34,732 nt of DNA from a virus. Its lineage: Duplodnaviria > Caudoviricetes. Below, in pieces: positions 27,962 to 34,732 of this stretch; position 1 is the first letter of the stretch, and the number at the start of each line of letters is the position of its first letter. The DNA lies in the IMG/VR virus record IMGVR_UViG_3300029319_000206, positions 1 to 34,732 of that record; one strand, written 5' to 3'. A program made the position numbers and the translations under genes. A model generated the notes under the pieces. It had not been told where the DNA came from and searched no databases. It saw nothing but the letters and a program-made list of their open reading frames with translations.

Positions 27962-29578
27962 ATGGCAAGTATTATAAGAGTTAAAAGATCGACTGGAACT
28001 ACAGCACCGTCATCTTTAAATTTCGGTGAAGTCGGTGTAACTCTGAGTGGAAGTGGTACACAAGCAAATAGTGGTGATAGATTATTTATTGGTGATAATG
28101 CAGGTAATCCACAGGTAGTAGGTGGTAGATATTTTACAGATTTATTATCAAATACAGCAGGTTCAGTTGCAAGTGCTGCTAATGCATCAACTGCTGCAAA
28201 TGGTTTTGTTGCGATTGTAGATCAGAATAGAAAAGTAGACCAATGGAATGTAGATAATTTAAGATTAGATGCAAACGTACTTTCAACCACCAATACAGAC
28301 GGAGACTTATTCTTATCACCCAACGGTTCTGGTGAAGTAATTATTCCAGACGATACATTTCTTACTTTTGGTGATAGTAAAGATGCAAAGATAGAGTATG
28401 ATGAGAATGGAACTGATAGAATACAAGTAACTGGTGCTGATTGGACGTATAATAACGGTGTATCAGTTGTAATGGCAGATGTGACTGATTCATCTACAAA
28501 AGACAATGGTGCTCTTGTAGTCGAAGGTGGAGTCGGTATAGAGAAGAGTGTAAATATTGGTGGAAACTTAGGTGTCACTGGTGTTTCAACATTTACAGGT
28601 ATTGGTACTTTTATTAGTGATCTATTCGTAGGTGGAGATCTTCATATTAAAGATGACCTATTTGTTGATGAGATGACTATCCGTAACTTGTTAGTTACTG
28701 GTATATCAACCTTTCAAGGAGATATCTTCCAAACAGGAGGAACACTTACTGCTTTAGATGCAAGATTAGGTGGAGTTGGTATTTCATCCAATATAATTTC
28801 TACTAAAGAGGGACATGGTAATCTTTTGTATATTGACCCATATCCAGATGGTTTAAGTAATGAAGGTACAGTTATTGTTAAAGGTGACTTACAAGTTGAT
28901 GGTACAACTACAACAGTCGATTCATTTACAGTTAATTTAAATGACCCAATCATTAACTTAGGTGTTACGACCAGTACAAGAACTGTAATGATGACAGCAA
29001 ATGCTGGTGTGAGTACAATTAAAATTGACACTGCTGCTGGTATCAACACAGGAGATTCAGTTTCTGGAACTAACGTAGCATCTGGAACTACAATCACAAC
29101 TTATGATTTAACAGAAAAACTAATTACGATAAGTAATGCTGTTCAATCAGGTGGCATTGCTACTACAGGTCAACTTACAGTTACAGCAAATGTTGACACA
29201 AACACTGATCGTGGTGTAGCATTTGGTTATAATACAAGTTCAGGTGCAGGTAATACTAAACAAGGTTTCTTTGGATATCATGATCTAGGTGGTGATGCAA
29301 GTAATGCACCAGAAAGATCATTTACTTACATACCCGATGCAACAATCGTAAATAATCTGGTAAGTGGCACAAAAGGTTTCCTAGATATTAAAGGAATATA
29401 TTTCCAGAATGGTGATTATGACACCACTGGAAATGGTATCGTTTATTTTGATACAACAGGTAAGCAAGTTGGTGCTGCTGGTACAGCTGCTGGTATAACC
29501 ACTTCCAACTTTGTATTAACTACAAATGCTGCTGGCATACCTAAATGGACAACGACAATTGATGGAGGTTCCTTCTAA
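27962..29578 (+). CDS. Tail/collar fibre-like structural protein
   Basis: 538 aa; N-terminal IRVKRSTGT.AP..L.FGE anchor, GALVVEGGVGIEK and G.L.V.G beta-helix repeats, DPII.LG, DRG, C-terminal IDGGSF; sits where T4 has gp12/wac. Confidence 0.75.
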   Translation: MASIIRVKRSTGTTAPSSLNFGEVGVTLSGSGTQANSGDRLFIGDNAGNPQVVGGRYFTDLLSNTAGSVASAANASTAANGFVAIVDQNRKVDQWNVDNLRLDANVLSTTNTDGDLFLSPNGSGEVIIPDDTFLTFGDSKDAKIEYDENGTDRIQVTGADWTYNNGVSVVMADVTDSSTKDNGALVVEGGVGIEKSVNIGGNLGVTGVSTFTGIGTFISDLFVGGDLHIKDDLFVDEMTIRNLLVTGISTFQGDIFQTGGTLTALDARLGGVGISSNIISTKEGHGNLLYIDPYPDGLSNEGTVIVKGDLQVDGTTTTVDSFTVNLNDPIINLGVTTSTRTVMMTANAGVSTIKIDTAAGINTGDSVSGTNVASGTTITTYDLTEKLITISNAVQSGGIATTGQLTVTANVDTNTDRGVAFGYNTSSGAGNTKQGFFGYHDLGGDASNAPERSFTYIPDATIVNNLVSGTKGFLDIKGIYFQNGDYDTTGNGIVYFDTTGKQVGAAGTAAGITTSNFVLTTNAAGIPKWTTTIDGGSF

Positions 29579-29581
29579 ACT

Positions 29582-29806
29582 ATGGCACAAAATAATGATG
29601 TTGATGTGAATACTTTAATTAAAGTGTATAACAGTAAAATTTCTACATTAACCAACCAAAATATTCTTCTTGAAGCAAAATTGCAGACAATCGTACAAGA
29701 TCATCTTGATGCTCAAAAAGAATTATTAGCAGAAAAACTTGAACTGCAAGAAAAATACGACAATCTATTAGCAGATATCGAAGAAGATGGCGAAACCAGC
29801 AACTAG
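29582..29806 (+). CDS. Small coiled-coil hypothetical protein (possible fibre assembly chaperone)
   Basis: 74 aa, continuous heptad pattern, between the fibre gene and gp13. Confidence 0.7.
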   Translation: MAQNNDVDVNTLIKVYNSKISTLTNQNILLEAKLQTIVQDHLDAQKELLAEKLELQEKYDNLLADIEEDGETSN

Positions 29807-30659
29807 ACAACAATTAATTGACTACTGTTTTAGGAAGTTGGGTGCTCCTGTCTTGGAGATAAATGTTGATGATGATCAAGTAGATGATTTAGTTGATGAT
29901 GCGATACAACTTTTTAATGAAAGACACTTTGATGGTGTTGAAAGAATGTATCTTAAATATGAAATTACACAAGGTGATATTGATAGAGGTGTAGGTGCAA
30001 AGATTGCAGGTGAAAGTGCAATAGATGGAAAAAATGGTATTGGTATAGTTACAACTACAACTACTTCTACAAATATACCTGGTTATGGAACTACTACGAC
30101 AACATTTTACGAAAATTCAAATTTTTTACAAATACCTGAATCCGTTGTAGGTGTGCATAAAATATTTAAATTTGATACCAGCTCAATATCTGGTAGCATG
30201 TTTAGTATTAAATATCAGTTATTTCTAAATGATTTATATTACTTCAACTCTGTTGAACTTCTTCAATATAGTATGACAAAAACTCGTCTTGAAGATATTG
30301 ATTTCTTACTTACACCTGAAGCACAAGTAAGATTTAATCAAAGGCAAGATAGATTATACATGGATATTGATTGGGGTGCACAGAAAGCTGGTAATTTTTT
30401 AGTGATAGATTGTCAAAGAGCATTAGATCCTGAGACATTCAATCAGGTTTATAATGATTATTTTGTAAAATTATATCTTACTGCTTTGATAAAAAGACAG
30501 TGGGGACAAAATTTAATTAAGTTTAGAGGTGTAAAATTACCTGGTGGTTTAGAACTTAATGGAAGAGAAATATATGACGATGCAGAAAGAGATTTAGAAA
30601 GAATCAAAGAGAAGATGATGCTTGAGTATGAATTACCTCCTCTTGATTTTATAGGGTAA
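29787..30659 (+). CDS. gp13: Neck protein (T4 gp13-like)
   Basis: LIDYCFRKLGAPVLEINVDDDQ, RHFDG, ALIKRQWGQNLIKF.GVKLPGG..LNG, C-terminal PPLDFIG. Confidence 0.95.
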   Translation: MAKPATRQQLIDYCFRKLGAPVLEINVDDDQVDDLVDDAIQLFNERHFDGVERMYLKYEITQGDIDRGVGAKIAGESAIDGKNGIGIVTTTTTSTNIPGYGTTTTTFYENSNFLQIPESVVGVHKIFKFDTSSISGSMFSIKYQLFLNDLYYFNSVELLQYSMTKTRLEDIDFLLTPEAQVRFNQRQDRLYMDIDWGAQKAGNFLVIDCQRALDPETFNQVYNDYFVKLYLTALIKRQWGQNLIKFRGVKLPGGLELNGREIYDDAERDLERIKEKMMLEYELPPLDFIG

Positions 30660-30665
30660 TGATCG

Positions 30666-32306
30666 ATGGCATTAAATCCCTTTTTTCTACAAGGATCTCA
30701 AAGTGAACAAAGGCTTGTTCAAAATTTAATTAATGAACAACTTCAAATTTATGGTGTTGAAGTAACTTATATACCAAGAAAATTTGTAAGAAAACAAACA
30801 ATAATTAAAGAAGTTCAATCATCAGCTTTTGATGATAATTTTTTATTAGAAGCGTATGTAAATACCTATGAAGGTTATGGTGGTCAAGGAGACATCATGA
30901 CTAAATTTGGTGTGAGTTTAAGAGATGAACTTACACTCACCATATCAAGAGAAAGATTTGAAGATTTTATATCACCTTTCCTAGAAGCAGATGATGATTA
31001 TGAGTTAGCATCAAGACCTCGTGAAGGAGATATTATATTTTTTCCACTTGGAGCAAGATTATTTGAAGTTAAGTTTGTTGAACATGAAGAACCTTTCTAT
31101 CAACTAGGAAAAAATTACGTATATCAACTTAAATGTGAACTCTTTGAATATGAGGATGAAGTTATTGATACTGGTATTGATATAATTGATTCTCAACTTG
31201 AAGATATTGGATATATTTCAACATTACAGTTAATTGGAACTGGTGTAACTGCAACTGCAAACGCACAACTCAGCACAATCAATAAAGGATATATTCGTGA
31301 AATTGTTTTGAATAATGATGGTAGTGGATACACGAGCACTCCAAACGTTGCAATTTCTACTGCTCCTTTTGGTGTAGGTAATGTTAATGCCACTGCTGTT
31401 GCTATTACAACTACAAGAGCTGGTCTATTCTCTATTGATAGAATTTTATTAACTAATGCAGGTGCTGGTTATACAACACCACCATTAGTCACTATTACAG
31501 GTGGAGGTGGAGTGGGTGCAGCTGCAACTGCTGCGGTTGAACAATCAGACTTTGGTATTGTTGACTTTGTTATTACTAACAATGGTGTAGGTTATGCAGC
31601 AACTCCTACTGTAACTATTACTGGTTTAAGTACATCACCAGCATCTGCGGAGGTAAATCTATTAGCAGATAATACAATATCTGATGTTTTAATTAAAAAT
31701 GCAGGTATTGGATATACTGTTGCTCCAACTGTAACAATTGCAAATCCATCACTCATTAGTGGTGTTGGCAATTTTAAAAGAGGTGAAATTATTAGAGGAC
31801 TTTCATCTGGTATTGAAGCAAGAGTTAAAGAATGGGATACTGATACTAAAATTCTTAAAATATCAAATGTTGGTATTGGAACTACTCAAGCAGCATTTAT
31901 TCCTGGTGAAACTATTCAAGCGACTGAATCAACATTCTTTAATGTTGGTTTGACTACTGTTGCAACAATTGGTGTTACAACGACAATATTAACGGGTATT
32001 AATACTTCAAATATCACATTAAATCAAGATATAAATCAAGTAAAATTTGGTCAAACTATTGTTGTGGGAACTGGGGTAACTGTTACAAGTATTGGTGCTG
32101 GTACAATCACCATAAGTTCTCCTACGTTAAATACTACTGGTGTTACTACAGTAGTTTCTTTCGGATCTACAGTATTTTCAAATTATTCACTTGATTTCTT
32201 TAGTGAAGAAAATCAAGACACGACCTTTGAATCAAACGATATACTCGAAACTGAAGCTGACGATATACTCGATTTTTCAGAAGGTAATCCATTCGGTACA
32301 TTCTAA
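30666..32306 (+). CDS. gp14: Neck protein / head closure (T4 gp14-like) with ~330-aa repeat insertion
   Basis: EQRLVQNLINEQLQIYG..V.YIPR, SRPREGDIIFFP, FEVKFVEHEEPFYQLGKNYVYQLKCELFEY, C-terminal DFSEGNPFG. Confidence 0.93.
   Translation: MALNPFFLQGSQSEQRLVQNLINEQLQIYGVEVTYIPRKFVRKQTIIKEVQSSAFDDNFLLEAYVNTYEGYGGQGDIMTKFGVSLRDELTLTISRERFEDFISPFLEADDDYELASRPREGDIIFFPLGARLFEVKFVEHEEPFYQLGKNYVYQLKCELFEYEDEVIDTGIDIIDSQLEDIGYISTLQLIGTGVTATANAQLSTINKGYIREIVLNNDGSGYTSTPNVAISTAPFGVGNVNATAVAITTTRAGLFSIDRILLTNAGAGYTTPPLVTITGGGGVGAAATAAVEQSDFGIVDFVITNNGVGYAATPTVTITGLSTSPASAEVNLLADNTISDVLIKNAGIGYTVAPTVTIANPSLISGVGNFKRGEIIRGLSSGIEARVKEWDTDTKILKISNVGIGTTQAAFIPGETIQATESTFFNVGLTTVATIGVTTTILTGINTSNITLNQDINQVKFGQTIVVGTGVTVTSIGAGTITISSPTLNTTGVTTVVSFGSTVFSNYSLDFFSEENQDTTFESNDILETEADDILDFSEGNPFGTF
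31293..31745 (+). repeat. Four tandem ~40-45-aa protein-level repeats (I-x-x-[IVF]-x-[ILV]-x-N-x-G-x-GY-x-x-x-P-x-V-x-I) inside gp14
   Basis: IREIVLNNDGSGYTSTPNVAI; IDRILLTNAGAGYTTPPLVTI; IVDFVITNNGVGYAATPTVTI; ISDVLIKNAGIGYTVAPTVTI. Confidence 0.85.
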
Positions 32307-33349
32307 TGTTAGGACAATATTACTATCACGAAATACTCAGAAAAACCATAATTGCCTTTGGTACTATTTTTAATGACATTCATATACGTCATCGAGATGG
32401 TGCAGGAAAAGAAACAAGTGACATGAGAGTGCCACTTGCTTATGGTCCTATGCAAAAATTCCTAGCAAGATTAGAACAACAACCAGATTTAAATCGTGCT
32501 GTTCAGATTACATTACCACGTATGTCATTTGAAACAACTAATATTGCATATGATGCAACGAGAAAGGGTGGAATAACTCAAACATTTAAAGCAACTGATG
32601 GGAATAAACTAAGAAAGGTTTTCATGCCAGTTCCATATAATCTTGGATTTGAATTAAACATACTTGTTAAATTAAACGATGATGCGTTACAGATAATAGA
32701 ACAGATACTACCATATTTTCAACCATCATTTAATGTCACTGTAGATCTAGTAAATGTGATTGGTGAGAAGAGAGATGTTCCAATCGTATTAGATAATATA
32801 TCATTTCAAGATGATTATGAAGGAGATTTTGCAACAAGAAGAGCACTTATATACACTTTAAACTTTACTGCTAAAACTTATCTCTTCGGTCCTGTATCTG
32901 ATTCTAGTGAGGGTCTTATTAAGAAAGTTCAGGTTGATTATCATGCATCTGTTGATACTGAGAATGCAAGAAGAGAGTTAAGGTACACTGCAACTCCTCA
33001 AGCACTGAAGGATTATAATGATGATAATACTGCTGAATTAAAGACAGATTTGAGTAAAACTAAGACAAGATTTGATGTCACTTCAACTTCTGCTTTATCT
33101 GTTGGTATGAGAATTATTATAGATAAAGAAATAATGAAGATCAAAGAAATCGTTGATGCGAATACAATTACAGTATTCAGAGGATATCAAAGCACTGCTG
33201 CAACACACGTTGCACCAGCATCAATTGATGTATTAACAGCAGCTGACGATTTACTTGTTGAACCTGATGATGATTTTGGATTTAATGGCAATCTTGAAGT
33301 ATTTAATGATTCAAGATCATATAGTCCAACACAACAAAAAGATATCTAA
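32306..33349 (+). CDS. gp15: Tail sheath stabiliser / tail terminator (T4 gp15-like) with an extra C-terminal module
   Basis: YYYHEILRKTIIAFGTIFNDI, VPLAYGP.QKFLARL, LPRMSFE, PVPYNL.FEL, QIIEQILPYFQP, DDYEGDF..RR, DDDFGF. Confidence 0.95.
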   Translation: MLGQYYYHEILRKTIIAFGTIFNDIHIRHRDGAGKETSDMRVPLAYGPMQKFLARLEQQPDLNRAVQITLPRMSFETTNIAYDATRKGGITQTFKATDGNKLRKVFMPVPYNLGFELNILVKLNDDALQIIEQILPYFQPSFNVTVDLVNVIGEKRDVPIVLDNISFQDDYEGDFATRRALIYTLNFTAKTYLFGPVSDSSEGLIKKVQVDYHASVDTENARRELRYTATPQALKDYNDDNTAELKTDLSKTKTRFDVTSTSALSVGMRIIIDKEIMKIKEIVDANTITVFRGYQSTAATHVAPASIDVLTAADDLLVEPDDDFGFNGNLEVFNDSRSYSPTQQKDI

Positions 33350-33780
33350 TGAATACCATGACTAACTATGATTCTATTGATAAAGCGTTAAACACAAGTA
33401 GTGCGATTGATGTTAAATCAGTCAGCACACCTAAAAAAGTAAAAAAAACTGAAACTGATGATATCAAGAAAGATTATGATTATACTCGTGCTAATCTTTA
33501 TTCTTTAATTGAAAAAGGTCAGGAATCATTAAATGGTGTTTTAGAAGTTGCAGGTGAAACCGCAAGTCCAAGAGCATATGAAGTTGCAGGTCAAATTATA
33601 AAATCAGTTGCAGATACAACTGATAAATTAATGGAACTTCAGAAAAAAGTTAAAGAAGTAGACGAGGATAAAAAGCAAACAACTAATAATGTAACTAATA
33701 ACGCACTCTTTGTAGGTTCAACATCTGAACTATCAAAGATGTTAAAGCAAGGAATACTAAATAATAAAGAGGATTCTTAA
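33349..33780 (+). CDS. gp16: Terminase small subunit (T4 gp16-like); start may be ATG 33358
   Basis: DYDYTRANLYSLIEKG, SPRAYEVAGQIIK, NNALFVGSTSELSKML; follows gp15. Confidence 0.93.
   Translation: MNTMTNYDSIDKALNTSSAIDVKSVSTPKKVKKTETDDIKKDYDYTRANLYSLIEKGQESLNGVLEVAGETASPRAYEVAGQIIKSVADTTDKLMELQKKVKEVDEDKKQTTNNVTNNALFVGSTSELSKMLKQGILNNKEDS
33757..33763 (+). promoter_or_regulatory. Probable late promoter variant for the ORF after gp16
   Basis: CTAAATA, 22 nt before ATG 33786; spacing matches the other late promoters here (18-27 nt). Confidence 0.5.
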
Positions 33781-33785
33781 TTTTA

Positions 33786-34732
33786 ATGAGTAATTCAGTT
33801 ACTATTGAAGATTCAAAAGGAGAAACTTTTGCAGAAGTTATCGATGTTATTGGTGTGTCTGAGGTCAAAAAAGCATTTCAACAATCTGTAAAAGAAGGTT
33901 CACTTCATAAGTGGTTCAAAGGTTCAAAATCCAAAGATGGCAAACCTGGTTGGGTGAATGTCGTCACTGGAGGAACTTGTGCTAGTGACAAACCTGGTGA
34001 AGGTACACCTAAATGTGTATCATCATCAAAGAGAGCAAGTATGACAAAAGCAGAAAGACTCTCTGCTGCTCGTAGGAAAAAGAAAGCAGATCCTGGTCAA
34101 CAAGCAAAAACTGGTGCTGCAAAACCAACCTATGTCTCAACTGATAAACCAAAAAAGAAAATGAGTGAAGAGATGAAAAGAGATGAGTATGGTGATCCAA
34201 TTGGTGGTCCTAAAATTTCAAAAAAAGAGATGAAAAAAAATCTTATGAAAAACGTACCTGACGAACAACATACAACTACAACAAGTGAATCATATATTGA
34301 TTTACCATTGCATGTTGAGATTCCAAAAAGTGACGGAGACTTCAAATTAGGTCTTATGTTCCGTGAGAGTTTAGACATTGACAAGGGTATGCTCTTTATA
34401 TTTGAAGAAGTTGGTCAACATTCATTCCATATGAGAAATACTCGTATTCCACTTGATATTGCATTTATAAAAGAAGACGGAACTATCGAAAGTATAAAAG
34501 AATTAACACCATATAGTAGTTTACCTGTATATTCAGATGGTGAAGTATTATTTGCAATTGAAGCAAATCGTGGTTGGTTTACAGAAAACAATGTAGAAGT
34601 CGGAGATGAGATAGTTTTAGGAGAAGCAAAAGATAAGAAAGGTAAGGGTAGTGGATCTAAAGATGCTTGCTATCATAAAGTTAAGTCAAGATATTCAGTT
34701 TGGCCAAGTGCATATGCATCAGGTGCATTAGT
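33786..34732 (+). CDS. 3'-truncated modular protein (>315 aa): basic Cys/Trp module(s), DUF5872-like, plus a DUF192 domain; not in ORF track
   Basis: Hand translation, open from ATG 33786 to the window end. GLMFRESL...GMLFIF...FHMRNTRIPLDIAFI...AIEANRGWF...VEVGD (~34290-34620) is a clear DUF192 signature, flanked by GSLHKWFK...PKCV...AARRKK and KDACYHKVKSRYSVWPSAYASGAL. Confidence 0.85.
   Translation, partial: MSNSVTIEDSKGETFAEVIDVIGVSEVKKAFQQSVKEGSLHKWFKGSKSKDGKPGWVNVVTGGTCASDKPGEGTPKCVSSSKRASMTKAERLSAARRKKKADPGQQAKTGAAKPTYVSTDKPKKKMSEEMKRDEYGDPIGGPKISKKEMKKNLMKNVPDEQHTTTTSESYIDLPLHVEIPKSDGDFKLGLMFRESLDIDKGMLFIFEEVGQHSFHMRNTRIPLDIAFIKEDGTIESIKELTPYSSLPVYSDGEVLFAIEANRGWFTENNVEVGDEIVLGEAKDKKGKGSGSKDACYHKVKSRYSVWPSAYASGAL

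Noticed and set aside
19879-29578. Diversity-generating retroelement or invertible tail-fibre cassette
   Set aside because: No reverse transcriptase or invertase, and no near-identical nucleotide repeat pair noticed. A DNA self dot-plot would be needed to exclude it fully.
1511-34384. The many other short minus-strand and alternate-frame ORFs in the track (e.g. 3336..3737, 15505..15861, 28714..29097, 34130..34384)
   Set aside because: All lie within or across well-supported + strand genes, have antisense-type composition and no recognisable motifs.
1-34732. tRNA genes, CRISPR arrays, stop-codon reassignment or programmed frameshifts
   Set aside because: Intergenic gaps are small with no cloverleaf or repeat-spacer pattern. 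TAA, TAG and TGA all terminate full-length conserved genes. A-runs (e.g. ~1001, ~2443, ~34233) stay in frame.
33781-34732. Terminase large subunit gp17 expected after gp16
   Set aside because: The translated ORF has no terminase ATPase motifs; gp17 is presumably downstream of the window.

Overview
AT-rich, gene-dense fragment of a T4-like marine myovirus genome, most consistent with a large cyanophage (P-SSM2/S-SM2-like gene order; the assignment comes from recognised protein families, not a database search). All credible genes are on the + strand. Positions 1-3226 hold an accessory block: a ligase-motif (KxDG) protein, a terminator hairpin, an AbrB-like protein, four small ORFs missing from the ORF track, a GT-A glycosyltransferase under a sigma70-type promoter, and a conserved hypothetical protein. 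Positions 3280-33780 are the late virion module: gp25, gp6, a giant 4227-aa gp7-like wedge protein, gp8, a 2424-aa VrlC/DUF4815-like protein, small structural proteins, a fibre, gp13, gp14, gp15 and gp16, punctuated by T4-type late promoters (TATAAATA/ATAAATA). An ORF absent from the track runs from 33786 off the window end. The three best leads are: (1) that last ORF, which looks like a modular polyprotein (basic Cys/Trp modules plus DUF192) separated by prohead-protease-like hydrophobic-X-Glu sites; (2) a 71-aa, strongly cationic, codon-atypical cassette in the VrlC-like protein just before the DPLSQTF motif; (3) a pervasive G-[IVL]-x-[TS] motif in the virion proteins next to a glycosyltransferase, hinting at virion glycosylation. 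No tRNA, CRISPR, intron, intein or DGR was recognisable by eye.
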